Of a DNA stretch of 62,386 nt, positions 28,188 through 37,449 are shown piece by piece. Location: positions 1 through 62,386 of the forward strand of contig JAZNYQ010000093.1 of NCBI GenBank assembly GCA_045594545.1, written 5' to 3'. Position numbers and translations under genes: made by a program. Origin of the DNA: Eubacteriales bacterium. GTDB lineage: Bacteria > Bacillota > Clostridia > Oscillospirales > UMGS1783. The number at the start of each line of letters is the position of its first letter. Position 1 is the stretch's first letter. Below the pieces are notes generated by a model. That model saw only the letters and a program-made list of their open reading frames with translations. It ran no database searches and was not told the DNA's origin.

Positions 28188-29936
28188 TCAATCATTCATA
28201 CGCATTCTTCTTTGCCGCACCCCCACTTTGTTAGGCTTTATGTGAAATATCATAAAAATCAAAGATGGTACAATGGCCCATACAAAAAAAATAATGCTTT
28301 GCCATTGGAGTCGGAACAAGAAATAACCCCCTAACACCATGTTTAACATAGCTCCCGTAATATAGGGATACCATGCAAAAACGTCTCGTGGCTTATATCG
28401 AAAATTATTCCCGTTTTTTATGGCTTCTATAGCATTTAATGTCCGATACGGAATCAATAATAATTTCCATACCGAGCGCCTAAGACTATTCAAAAGAACG
28501 GTTAAACTATTATCCTCATTCATGCATGGGTCCGATAATGCATGTCCGGTTAGAATTTGATGAATCAGCCGTTTGTATGTCGGCGCCAAATACGGCATAC
28601 ATGCAGCAATAGCGAAAAAGATAAATGTCTCTCTTTCGAAAAATGTTGCCAAAATTATAATAAGAAACGATAACACAGGCGCTACCGCATCCAAACATCT
28701 TTCCATAAACATATAGCGACCTAATCCCGTAATGTCTTTTTGCTTTACATGAAACAGACTATCCCTAATGCGAGAACATTCGCCTTCCAGATCAGAAATT
28801 ACGGATTGGTGTCCTTGGCGTGCAAATGAAACCGATGAGACGTATCCGCACCGCATACGATCTCCCACGTTAAAACCGGAAATCCCGTCAAAGCCTTTCA
28901 TAATTTTCTTGTATGTGCTTACATGAATCAAGCCGATCCCATCAAAGATATCTTGCTCATGGATAAATTGATTGAATTGGTTATGCATCTTTGAATTTAA
29001 CATGGAATCATTATACTCAACCTTGGGAATCAATATCCCATGTCCATCCATTACCGCATTATATTTGAAGTCATATTGTGGACGATTGAACGGATGGCAA
29101 GCAACACTTAGTAAATCAAGAATACCGCCCTCGTGCGTATCGATATTGCTATCCAGAATCAAAAGATACTCTGAATCATGTATCCTCCTTGACCGCATCA
29201 CTTCATCTATGGCGCCGTTTTTTCGCCCTTTGCAAATATATTGCATTTGGCTGGGGTTGAATATTCGTTTTCTGCTGTGCACAAAGAATCGTTTTCCGTA
29301 TTTTTGGTTTAGCCAATCAATTTTTGCCCGAATATATGCCATTTTTTCCCGCTCCCCTTTTTCCGTTTTTTTATTGCTGTCGGGGCGATCGAGAAGCAAT
29401 CCGAAAACGGCATTCACGTTTCGATTTTGACGATATACTTCTTCTAATTTTTGAATAGTTGCATCATTATTATTTTGTAACACGCTGTAAATTGCCACAC
29501 AGATTTTTGTATCCTGGACGGTACGACAGTTTGGATTGAGCTGCATAAATCCATGTGGCTTAAAAAAAGAAAGCATAAATTGATTGGCAAAAATTTTTGA
29601 TGTTACATAAGATGGGGCGAGTGACAACAAAGACAGCCACAAATTTTGAGAAACCAGATATAATTGTATACTCATGACGGCTACCGAACCCCATAAAAAT
29701 ACAAAATATATCCATTTTTTTAGGGTATTTGTTCGCGTTTTAAGATAAAAACCGATGTGTTTTCCGTCTTTTTTTGCTGATTTTGCAACACTTTTAATGA
29801 TTTCTGAAGGGGTTTTTCCTTCTTTTTGCGCTATTTTTAGGATAGTTTCTCTATAAAACCGCTTACCTTCCTGCCCCATTTCGGCGTAATCGCTATCTTT
29901 TAACAACTCTTTTTCATCAAAACAGGCGTAAGGCAT
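28188..29936 (-). CDS. Polytopic membrane protein with a central cyclic-beta-1,2-glucan-synthase-like (GT84-like) glycosyltransferase domain. Tentative.
   Basis: 582-aa ORF organised as 2 TM + about 300-aa soluble domain + about 4 TM. Its motifs resemble the Cgs/NdvB N-terminal module as I recall it: FGLLLDRPDS, FFVHSRKRIFN, GRKNGAI, LILDSNID, HPFNRPQYD and GHGILIPKV. No obvious SD. Confidence 0.4.
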   Translation of the reverse strand: MPYACFDEKELLKDSDYAEMGQEGKRFYRETILKIAQKEGKTPSEIIKSVAKSAKKDGKHIGFYLKTRTNTLKKWIYFVFLWGSVAVMSIQLYLVSQNLWLSLLSLAPSYVTSKIFANQFMLSFFKPHGFMQLNPNCRTVQDTKICVAIYSVLQNNNDATIQKLEEVYRQNRNVNAVFGLLLDRPDSNKKTEKGEREKMAYIRAKIDWLNQKYGKRFFVHSRKRIFNPSQMQYICKGRKNGAIDEVMRSRRIHDSEYLLILDSNIDTHEGGILDLLSVACHPFNRPQYDFKYNAVMDGHGILIPKVEYNDSMLNSKMHNQFNQFIHEQDIFDGIGLIHVSTYKKIMKGFDGISGFNVGDRMRCGYVSSVSFARQGHQSVISDLEGECSRIRDSLFHVKQKDITGLGRYMFMERCLDAVAPVLSFLIIILATFFERETFIFFAIAACMPYLAPTYKRLIHQILTGHALSDPCMNEDNSLTVLLNSLRRSVWKLLLIPYRTLNAIEAIKNGNNFRYKPRDVFAWYPYITGAMLNMVLGGYFLFRLQWQSIIFFVWAIVPSLIFMIFHIKPNKVGVRQRRMRMND

Positions 29937-29975
29937 TAGTGTTTCAACATCAACGGCTTGCCAATCACAAAAAAA

Positions 29976-30326
29976 TTATAAAATTGCATCAACATTTTCC
30001 ATGCGATACAGTTTTTTTATTGAAAACAAAATTAGGAATGAAAAAAACAATTCATAGCCATAGAAATCCAGCGCATGGCACTTTCCGACTTGTTTTAGAA
30101 AGTCTATCAAATCCTTTTTTGATAATTGTCCTGCTTGAATAAATTCTGCAGCCAATCTTTCCGCTAAAAGAATAGTTCCCTTGCTAATTTTTTTCTTATT
30201 AAGCCGATTCATTGTGTTATTAAACTGACGGACATGAAACAAGATAAGATCTTGAGGGAACCGGACTGTATTGCGAATATGGCGATATAAGACACCGCAT
30301 TGATAACGGTAATGATTTAATTTCAT
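29976..30326 (-). CDS. Hypothetical 116-aa protein with a hydrophobic C-terminus
   Basis: ORF with a GAGG SD 7 nt upstream of the ATG at 30326. No recognisable motif. It lies between YitT and the 582-aa gene. Confidence 0.5.
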   Translation of the reverse strand: MKLNHYRYQCGVLYRHIRNTVRFPQDLILFHVRQFNNTMNRLNKKKISKGTILLAERLAAEFIQAGQLSKKDLIDFLKQVGKCHALDFYGYELFFSFLILFSIKKLYRMENVDAIL

Positions 30327-30338
30327 CGAAATGCCTCG

Positions 30339-31196
30339 TCAATGATCGGATAAAAATCCGTATCCGGAAATATCCGATGTGTTTGCCCCGATAAAAAAAG
30401 CTTTATCATCACATGAAAACACGATCTTTCTCAATTTAGTAAATTCATATGAATATACGGCACACAGGATGATATGTTGTTCCTTACGTAGATAACTGCC
30501 TCTTCCGTATAAAATGGTGGCTCCTCGACCGAGATTTTTCAATATTTGCAATTCAATTTCTTCGCTTTTCTGAGATATGATAAAGCATAAAGTTCCCTTT
30601 TCGGTGCGGGAGAGTATATAATCAATGGCTTCGGATGTTATGAAGGTAAGGATCAGAGAGTAAAGGGCACCGGTAATATCCGCATATACCAATACCGTAC
30701 CGAACACAATGATGAGGCCGTCAATAATCAATAGCACTTTACCCATTTTCCATTTCGGGTGGGATTGACGGATCAGATGCGAAAGCAAGTCACTGCCTCC
30801 CGTCATAATGCCTCGCTGAAAAATAATGGCTAATCCGACACCGGACGACAAACCGCCAAAAATACAGGCCAATATGCGGTCTTCGGTAATCATGGGAAGA
30901 AATGAAAAAATATCGACCATAAGTCCGGACAATATGGTGGCAATAATGGTTTTTATTAAAAATATTTTTCCCAGTTTTCGAATGCTGAGCAAAAACAGCG
31001 GCAAATTCACCAACACAATTCCCAAGCCAACCGACAGTCCTGTCAAATTATTCATAATAATTCCTAGGCCGGTTGCGCCGCCCGGTATCAAATTTCCCGC
31101 AATAATAAATACATTGATCGATATTCCGTAAATAATACAACCAATTACGATTGCCATGGCATCAAAAAATAATTCTTTATTTCCTTTGTTGTGCAT
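30339..31196 (-). CDS. YitT-family membrane protein (DUF2179 C-terminal domain)
   Basis: ORF 30339..31250. The likely start is the ATG at 31196 (MHNKGNKE) after AAGGGTGA. It has five to six TM segments with GGATGLGII and a soluble C-terminal domain. Confidence 0.8.
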   Translation of the reverse strand: MHNKGNKELFFDAMAIVIGCIIYGISINVFIIAGNLIPGGATGLGIIMNNLTGLSVGLGIVLVNLPLFLLSIRKLGKIFLIKTIIATILSGLMVDIFSFLPMITEDRILACIFGGLSSGVGLAIIFQRGIMTGGSDLLSHLIRQSHPKWKMGKVLLIIDGLIIVFGTVLVYADITGALYSLILTFITSEAIDYILSRTEKGTLCFIISQKSEEIELQILKNLGRGATILYGRGSYLRKEQHIILCAVYSYEFTKLRKIVFSCDDKAFFIGANTSDISGYGFLSDH

Positions 31197-31259
31197 ATAA
31201 TCACCCTTATGAGTATCGGTGTTTTGAGGCAGAATATGCAAAAAGGACAAATGACACAG

Positions 31260-31649
31260 TCATTTGTCCTTTTCTGATGCTAGAAAATCAAAGATAACCG
31301 CAAACAATTTATGGATACGCTCTTGCTTATCCATAAGATCCAGATACCCAAAAACCGCCTCTAATGCCGTTGCCCGATGATAATCCGCTACATCGGCGTG
31401 TTTGGGCATGTGAGGAGAATTGGCATTTCTGGCTCGCATAAATATCGAAGTTTCATTCTCATCAAGTAATGGAATCAGTACATCGCAGGCATGGCTTTGC
31501 TTGGCGGCGCTGACATAGTTCATAGCCAATCGGTGCATCTTCCCTGCCGATTGGGGAGATTGAGTAATCAACGCCCTTCGAACCAGTCGTTCATACACGG
31601 CGTCGCCTTGATAGGCCAGAGTTAATACATTGATTAAAAAAGGATCCAT
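31260..31649 (-). CDS. mrnC: Mini-ribonuclease III
   Basis: 129-aa ORF with the RNase III signature LAYQGDAVYERLVR near the N-terminus and no dsRBD. Confidence 0.8.
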   Translation of the reverse strand: MDPFLINVLTLAYQGDAVYERLVRRALITQSPQSAGKMHRLAMNYVSAAKQSHACDVLIPLLDENETSIFMRARNANSPHMPKHADVADYHRATALEAVFGYLDLMDKQERIHKLFAVIFDFLASEKDK

Positions 31650-31657
31650 ACGCTACC

Positions 31658-32263
31658 TCAATCGATGCTGCGGCGCCCCTCAAAGGCTCGCAATAGGGTT
31701 ACTTCATCCGCATAGCGCAGATCCCCGCCGACAGGGATTCCATAGGCGATACGGGTAACCTTAACATCCAGAACCTTAAGAAGTTTATGGATATAGGTTG
31801 CCGTCATTTCTCCTTCAATCGTAGGATTAGTAGCAAGAATAATTTCTTCCACACCATCGGCACCTGCACGAGTAATCAGTTCTTTGATCTTCAAGTGCTC
31901 GGGACCAACCCCGTCCATCGGCGAAATAACACCGTGTAATACATGATACAATCCTTTATAGTCACGGATTCTTTCAAAAGAAACGATATCCTGCGGCTGT
32001 TCCACTACGCAGATACGGGAATGATCCCGACGTTCATCGGAGCAGATTTCGCACATATCTTCTTGCCCCGACAACCCGAAGCATATCGGGCAGGTTGCTG
32101 TGTGTTCTTTGGCGTAAAGGAGAGCACCGGCAAATGCCTGAACATCTTCCTTGGACATTTCCAACACCTCATAGGCGAGGCGTTGGGCCGTTTTAGCGCC
32201 AATACCGGATAGTTTACGAAACTGTTCGGCCAAATTTTGTACAGGTGTATGGTAGGTACTCAT
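31658..32263 (-). CDS. recR: Recombination protein RecR
   Basis: 201-aa ORF with an HhH N-terminus, a C4 zinc finger (CPICFGLS...CEIC) and a Toprim domain. Confidence 0.95.
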   Translation of the reverse strand: MSTYHTPVQNLAEQFRKLSGIGAKTAQRLAYEVLEMSKEDVQAFAGALLYAKEHTATCPICFGLSGQEDMCEICSDERRDHSRICVVEQPQDIVSFERIRDYKGLYHVLHGVISPMDGVGPEHLKIKELITRAGADGVEEIILATNPTIEGEMTATYIHKLLKVLDVKVTRIAYGIPVGGDLRYADEVTLLRAFEGRRSID

Positions 32264-32277
32264 AAGGTTACCTCAAA

Positions 32278-32625
32278 TTAAAACATACCCGGCAAACCCA
32301 TGCTGCTTAACGGACCGGTAATCTGTCCGATCTCATCCTCAGATGTTTTGTCGATCGTTTCCATCACTTCATTAACGGCAGCACAGATCAAATCTTCCAA
32401 GGTTTCCGCATCGTCGGGATCAATGACATCGGGATCGATTTTAACCGATTGAATACGATGGGTACCGAGAGCGGTAACGGTAACCGCACCGCCGCCCGAG
32501 GATGCCGAGTATTCTCTTTCAGCCAATTCGACCTGCTTGGCTTCCATTTCTTCCTGCATCTTCTTTAGCTTATTCAGCGAACTCAAGCTGGGACCGCCGG
32601 CATCTTTCGGAATTCTGACTTTCAT
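32278..32625 (-). CDS. ybaB: Nucleoid-associated protein YbaB/EbfC
   Basis: 115-aa ORF in the conserved dnaX-ybaB-recR order, with a typical coiled N-terminus and a G/M-rich tail. Confidence 0.9.
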   Translation of the reverse strand: MKVRIPKDAGGPSLSSLNKLKKMQEEMEAKQVELAEREYSASSGGGAVTVTALGTHRIQSVKIDPDVIDPDDAETLEDLICAAVNEVMETIDKTSEDEIGQITGPLSSMGLPGMF

Positions 32626-32638
32626 AAATCTATCTCCT

Positions 32639-34114
32639 TTATAATGAAAAAGTATCGGTATTTTCTTGCGGTTTTATCGTCACATCCTTGGGTGGGATCA
32701 CGCGAATCGTGCAATTTTCCACGCCGAGAGCGGCACAGGCATCCCGAATATGCTTTTGCGTTTCCGGACGGCAAGCCAGATCGTATTCCGATTTTGCGGT
32801 TGCATATAATAGCAATTCGTTATTCGTAAGGGAGCCTTTTTGAGGAATACAAAAGCGTATATTCGGCATTTTAATTCCGGCCAACATTTTCTTGTAAAAG
32901 TCCTCATTTCCAGCCGGCGTTTCCTGCGGTGGGGCCGACGGTTTTGACTCCATCGGTTTTGGATTCTCTTTTTTCTCGGGTGTTGGCACAGGAGTAGGGG
33001 TAGGCGTTGTCGTAGTTGCCGTGACTTCCGGTTCGGATATTTGCGGGCGGCACAGACGGATCAGACTCATTTGTGCCACGGTAAGATTTCCGTTGTTCTT
33101 GGCGGTGCCGGCAATGGCTTTTGTTAACTGATCGATGCAATAGAAAATATAGTCGCAAGACAAGGAATCTGCCATTTGACAGAGCAACTCTCGCTCTTCC
33201 CCACTGCGTCTGACACAATCAGCAGCATTCATCTTAATTAAAAGCAGATCCCGATAACAACCGATCATTTCACTCATCAGGGTATCCATGCGTTTGGATG
33301 TCGCATAAAAGCCATCCAGACACAGCATGGCTTTGGCAATATCATGATTGGCACAGGCGCCGATCAATTCCAACAGTTCTTCACAACCGACGATGCCAAC
33401 GGTTTCCAATACAGTTTCACGGCTTACCGTGCCTGCCGTTTGGCATTGTTCCAAAATGGACAAGGCATCACGCATGGCGCCATCCGCCAATAGGGCGATC
33501 ATTTCTGCCGCCTGTGGCTCGAGTACGATATTTTCATGCTGTGCGACTTGATTAAGACGAGAGGTTATGACGGAAACAGGCAAGCGCTTAAAGTCAAATC
33601 TTTGGCAACGGGATAGGATGGTGGCCGGAATTTTCTGCACCTCCGTTGTAGCCAAAATAAAGACAACATATTCGGGGGGTTCTTCCAATGTTTTTAACAG
33701 CGCATTAAAGGCATTATTGGTCATCATCTGAACCTCGTCGATGATATACACTTTACGCTTACCGACGGAGGGGGCATATATAACTTCATCAATAATAGAC
33801 CGAATATCTTCGACACGACTTTTACTGGCCGCATCGATTTCCACAACATCGTACAGGCTTTCCTGCTCAAACAGGCGACAGTTTTCACAGGCATTACACG
33901 GCTCTCCGTTTTGGGGCGATAAGCAGTTAACGGCCTTGGCTAATATTTTAGCGCAAGTGGTTTTACCCGTTCCGCGGGTGCCGGTAAACAGATAAGCATG
34001 TCCGATCTTCTCTTGCTGAATCTGATTTTTTAATGTGCCGGTGACATGATCTTGGCCAAACACATCATCAAATTTTGTAGGACGCCATTTACGGTACAAA
34101 GCTTGATATTCCAA
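32639..34114 (-). CDS. dnaX: DNA polymerase III subunit gamma/tau
   Basis: 491-aa ORF with Walker A GTRGTGKTT, a zinc module CNACENC and the SRC motif LSRCQRF. TTG start after AGGTGGTGA. Confidence 0.93.
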   Translation of the reverse strand: MEYQALYRKWRPTKFDDVFGQDHVTGTLKNQIQQEKIGHAYLFTGTRGTGKTTCAKILAKAVNCLSPQNGEPCNACENCRLFEQESLYDVVEIDAASKSRVEDIRSIIDEVIYAPSVGKRKVYIIDEVQMMTNNAFNALLKTLEEPPEYVVFILATTEVQKIPATILSRCQRFDFKRLPVSVITSRLNQVAQHENIVLEPQAAEMIALLADGAMRDALSILEQCQTAGTVSRETVLETVGIVGCEELLELIGACANHDIAKAMLCLDGFYATSKRMDTLMSEMIGCYRDLLLIKMNAADCVRRSGEERELLCQMADSLSCDYIFYCIDQLTKAIAGTAKNNGNLTVAQMSLIRLCRPQISEPEVTATTTTPTPTPVPTPEKKENPKPMESKPSAPPQETPAGNEDFYKKMLAGIKMPNIRFCIPQKGSLTNNELLLYATAKSEYDLACRPETQKHIRDACAALGVENCTIRVIPPKDVTIKPQENTDTFSL

Positions 34115-34142
34115 ATCGTCACCACCTAAAATTAAATAGAAT

Positions 34143-34240
34143 AAGGCAGGGTACCTACTGCACCCGGAACGAACTGCTTAATGCTGCTCGGTTCCCCGCC
34201 TGACATGGTTCACAGACATCCGCCGCGTAGGACCTGCCTT
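34143..34240 (-). ncRNA. ffs: Signal recognition particle RNA, small (4.5S-like) form
   Basis: The minus strand reads AAGGCAGG...GUCAGGCGGGGAACCGAGCAGC...CCUGCCUU. This includes the domain IV GGAA tetraloop with flanking AGG/AGCAGC loops, and the 5' and 3' ends pair. It lies directly upstream of dnaX, as in other Firmicutes. Confidence 0.85.
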
Positions 34241-34246
34241 ATTTAT

Positions 34247-34275
34247 ATTATACAATATTATAATTGGAATTTCAA
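34247..34275 (-). promoter_or_regulatory. Sigma-A consensus promoter for ffs
   Basis: On the minus strand: TTGAAA (34270-34275), a 17-nt spacer, then TATAAT (34247-34252). The first base of the SRP RNA helix is 7 nt downstream. Confidence 0.65.
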
Positions 34276-34278
34276 TAC

Positions 34279-34935
34279 TTATTTTCGGTTCACGCCATTA
34301 AAAAATTCTACCGCTTTCGCTACATCTTCAGCACAGAAAACCGAACTGCCTGCTACCAGAACATCCACACCGGCATCGACAAGACTTTGAGCATTTTCCT
34401 GATTTACACCGCCGTCAACCTCAATCAGGTAGGAATACCCTTTTTCTTTGCGCTGGCTGTCCAGCCACTCGATTTTCGGCAGCATATCGGGCATGAATTT
34501 TTGACCGCCGAATCCCGGCTCTACCGTCATGATCAAAACCATATCAATCCGGCTCAAATAGGGCTGGCATACTTCGATTGGGGTGCCCGGTTTTACAGTA
34601 AGCGCGACACGGATTCCATGTGATTTAATCTTATCTATGCATAGTTGGATATCTTTTGTGCTTTCTACATGAACCGTAATGATATCCGCACCGGCTTTAG
34701 CAAAATCATCAATATACCGTTCCGGTTCTTCAATCATCAAATGCACATCAAAGACAGCGCTTGACGTGGGTCGCAAAGACTTAACGATGCACGGACCAAG
34801 GGTGATATTCGGGACAAACCTACCATCCATGACATCAATATGCAGATACTCCGCACCGGCATCCTGTACTTTTTTGCAGTCTCGGGCTAAATTTGCGAAA
34901 TCCGCTGATAAAATTGAAGGGGCAACGATAGCCAT
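34279..34935 (-). CDS. rpe: Ribulose-phosphate 3-epimerase
   Basis: 218-aa ORF with motifs PSILSADF, HIDVMDGRFVPN and VDGGVN. Confidence 0.93.
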   Translation of the reverse strand: MAIVAPSILSADFANLARDCKKVQDAGAEYLHIDVMDGRFVPNITLGPCIVKSLRPTSSAVFDVHLMIEEPERYIDDFAKAGADIITVHVESTKDIQLCIDKIKSHGIRVALTVKPGTPIEVCQPYLSRIDMVLIMTVEPGFGGQKFMPDMLPKIEWLDSQRKEKGYSYLIEVDGGVNQENAQSLVDAGVDVLVAGSSVFCAEDVAKAVEFFNGVNRK

Positions 34936-34948
34936 TTTTGTTCTCCTG

Positions 34949-35599
34949 TTATTTAATAAAATTTAATATATCTTTAGGCTTATGCGCGATAACATCGGCA
35001 CCTGCGTGCTGTAGCTCTTCTGCGCCGCGATATCCCCATGCGCAACCGATACACGAAATACCGGCGTTATGAGCGGTAAACACATCCACGTCACTATCCC
35101 CAATAAAGACAGCTTCAGCAGGAGTTTGGGTGTGTGAAGCAATAATTTTATTCAGATATGTAGGGTTTGGCTTTAACGGATAGCCGTTGCCTGCGCCGTA
35201 AATGCCGCAAAACGGGATATCCGGCAATAATTTATGACAAAGCACAAGCGAGTGTTCTTCAGTTTTATTTGATAATACGGCAATTTTAACACCCATTTGA
35301 GCCATAACCTGAAGCGCGTCACGGATACCGGCATATGGATAGGTTTTATCGGCATAATGAGCGCTATAGGTTTCATGATAAATACGGCACATATCCTGAA
35401 ACTGTTCTTCATTGTCAAAATCGGGCGGAAGAATTCGGCGAAGGGATGTTTGAAATCCGTTTCCAATCGCTTTACCAAACCGATCCGGCGGGCACGGAGT
35501 ATAGCCGTACGCGGTTACCGCCTTATTAAATGCCGGCAAAAGATCCGGTTGGGTATTTAGAAGGGTTCCATCCAAGTCAAAAACAGCTAATTTATACAT
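34949..35599 (-). CDS. gph: HAD-superfamily phosphatase, phosphoglycolate phosphatase-like
   Basis: ORF 34949..35611. The likely start is MYKLAVFDLDGTLL (ATG 35599). HAD motifs DLDGT, SNK and GDSDVD. The rpe-gph adjacency is common. Confidence 0.7.
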   Translation of the reverse strand: MYKLAVFDLDGTLLNTQPDLLPAFNKAVTAYGYTPCPPDRFGKAIGNGFQTSLRRILPPDFDNEEQFQDMCRIYHETYSAHYADKTYPYAGIRDALQVMAQMGVKIAVLSNKTEEHSLVLCHKLLPDIPFCGIYGAGNGYPLKPNPTYLNKIIASHTQTPAEAVFIGDSDVDVFTAHNAGISCIGCAWGYRGAEELQHAGADVIAHKPKDILNFIK

Positions 35600-35658
35600 T
35601 TTTACACCCAAAATAATAGTTTCAAGGTATTATAACACAATTAAATTGAAAAGAAAAG

Positions 35659-35687
35659 TTGATTTATTAAAATTTTTCATGTATAAT
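35659..35687 (+). promoter_or_regulatory. Sigma-A-type promoter for carD-ispD-ispF
   Basis: TTGATT (35659-35664), a 17-nt spacer, then TATAAT (35682-35687). Confidence 0.6.
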
Positions 35688-35712
35688 ATGAATAGAGATT
35701 CTACAGAAAGGT

Positions 35713-36198
35713 ATGGACAAACCCATGTATGCAATAGGTGACAAGGTAGTATGTCCGATGCATGGCGCCGGAGTCATTGAGCAAATTGAAACACGCTCGA
35801 TCAATGATACGGATCAGCAATATTATGTAGTTTCCCTTTTCCTGGGAAACATTAAGATCATGGTGCCTGTTGCAAAAGAATCCACGCAAATTCGTACGGT
35901 TACCCACAAAGAACATGCGCGTGAAATATTAAATGCATTGCATGACTTGGAGACAGAGCAAAATAGTAACTGGTCGAAGCGTTATCGCGAGAACATGGAC
36001 AAGCTGAAAACCGGAGATTTGATTGAAACGGCAAAAGTATTTAAGAGTTTAGTTTTGCGCAACAAAGAGAAGACATTATCTGCCGGAGAGAGAAAGATGC
36101 TTCACAGTGCAAAGCAAATTCTCATGAGTGAACTTATGATTGCTTTAGATACGGAATTTGCCGATCTGGAACGTGATATATATAATGCCATAGGTTAA
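35713..36198 (+). CDS. carD: CarD/CdnL-family RNA polymerase-binding regulator
   Basis: 161-aa ORF with an N-terminal Tudor-like GDKVVCPMHGAGVIEQIE motif. It lies upstream of ispD-ispF, as in many Firmicutes. Confidence 0.85.
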   Translation: MDKPMYAIGDKVVCPMHGAGVIEQIETRSINDTDQQYYVVSLFLGNIKIMVPVAKESTQIRTVTHKEHAREILNALHDLETEQNSNWSKRYRENMDKLKTGDLIETAKVFKSLVLRNKEKTLSAGERKMLHSAKQILMSELMIALDTEFADLERDIYNAIG

Positions 36199-36232
36199 GC
36201 CCTATGGCATTCCTTATAAGGAGTGAAACAAA

Positions 36233-36910
36233 TTGCAACACCAAAAAACGTGCGCAATCCTTGTTGCCGCAGGGAAAAGCACACGCATGGGCACAGATAA
36301 GCAACGGATCCATATCGGAACAAAAACAGTTATCGAGCATTGCTTGGAAAATTTTCAGGCAGCCAAACATATCGATAGCATAGTTATCGTTACCGGTAAA
36401 GATTCCATTGAATACATGACTTCTATCGCCCCGTCAAAGGTATGGGCTGTTGTAGAGGGTGGCAATAGTCGTCAACAATCGGTAATTCTTGGGCTACAGG
36501 CAGTACCGTCAGATGTTACATTTATCGCCGTGCATGATGGCGCTCGTCCCTTTGCCTCCCCCGCCTTGATTGATGAGATATGCGAATGTGCATACCGATT
36601 CGGAGCGGCCGTTCCGGTTGTCCCGATTACCAGCACGGTAAAGGTCATTGATGATTGCGACAGGATCGTTTCAACAGTAGATCGGGATTCTCTACGTTTG
36701 GTTCAGACACCACAAGTATTTAATCTGCAACAATACAAACACGCATTAGCGGATGCGGTTGATCTGGATTTTACAGATGATTGTCAATTGTTTGAAAAGA
36801 TGAATCTGCCAATTGTCTGCGTAAAAGGTGACGAGAAAAACATAAAAATTACAACACCGGATGATATACTATTAGCACAATTGATTCAACAAAGGATGGA
36901 TGAGACATGA
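36233..36910 (+). CDS. ispD: 2-C-methyl-D-erythritol 4-phosphate cytidylyltransferase
   Basis: 225-aa ORF with a TTG start 8 nt after AGGAGTG. N-terminal [13 protein letters not shown] motif. Confidence 0.9.
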   Translation: MQHQKTCAILVAAGKSTRMGTDKQRIHIGTKTVIEHCLENFQAAKHIDSIVIVTGKDSIEYMTSIAPSKVWAVVEGGNSRQQSVILGLQAVPSDVTFIAVHDGARPFASPALIDEICECAYRFGAAVPVVPITSTVKVIDDCDRIVSTVDRDSLRLVQTPQVFNLQQYKHALADAVDLDFTDDCQLFEKMNLPIVCVKGDEKNIKITTPDDILLAQLIQQRMDET

Positions 36911-37380
36911 GGATTGGAATCGGATATGATGTGCATCGGTTGGCAGAAGGACGCTCTTTAATTCTGGGGGGTGTGGAAATTCCGCATCGTGTGGGATTGC
37001 AGGGTCATTCGGATGCCGATGTCTTGGTTCACGCCATTATGGATGCCATGCTTGGTGCGTTAGCATTGGGTGATATTGGAAAGCATTTTCCGGATTCTGA
37101 TGATAAATACAAAGGAATATCCAGTATGATTTTGTTGAAACATTGCCAAGCATTAATTCAGCAACATGGCTATCGTATCGGTAATGTAGATGCTACGATC
37201 ATTGCGCAGGCTCCTAAGCTCTCCCCTTTCATTGCGCAGATGCGTCAATCGATCGCTGAATCGCTTTGTGTGGATATCGATCAAATAAGTATAAAGGCCA
37301 CAACCGAAGAAAAACTTGGCTTCACGGGAGCTGAGCTGGGAATCAGTGCGCAGGCGGTTGTTTTACTTGAAAAAAGATAA
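36907..37380 (+). CDS. ispF: 2-C-methyl-D-erythritol 2,4-cyclodiphosphate synthase
   Basis: 157-aa ORF with motifs GIGYDVHRL and [11 protein letters not shown]. 4-nt overlap with ispD. Confidence 0.95.
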   Translation: MRIGIGYDVHRLAEGRSLILGGVEIPHRVGLQGHSDADVLVHAIMDAMLGALALGDIGKHFPDSDDKYKGISSMILLKHCQALIQQHGYRIGNVDATIIAQAPKLSPFIAQMRQSIAESLCVDIDQISIKATTEEKLGFTGAELGISAQAVVLLEKR

Positions 37381-37387
37381 AAACATG

Positions 37388-37416
37388 TTGCAAAATCAAG
37401 ACAAAAAATGTAAAAT
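37388..37416 (+). promoter_or_regulatory. Candidate sigma-A promoter for pduL
   Basis: TTGCAA (37388-37393), a 17-nt spacer ending in TG, then TAAAAT (37411-37416). Confidence 0.55.
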
Positions 37417-37449
37417 AGACATATATTAAAAAATAAGGAGAATTTCACG

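Noticed and set aside
28972-29430. 152-aa plus-strand ORF inside the 582-aa membrane protein gene.
   Set aside because: It is an antisense frame with no SD. The opposite-strand ORF is far longer and has coherent TM/soluble domain structure.
29937-29975. Idea that the 116-aa and 582-aa ORFs are one gene broken by a frameshift.
   Set aside because: The two frames differ, an in-frame TAA precedes the 582-aa start by 13 codons, the 116-aa ORF has its own good SD, and its C-terminus does not continue any motif of the larger protein.
36188-36213. Hairpin GCCATAGG-TTAAGC-CCTATGGC overlapping the carD stop codon, considered as a terminator before ispD.
   Set aside because: No T-run follows, and ispD starts 20 nt later with a good SD. 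It is more likely incidental, or a minor pause site.
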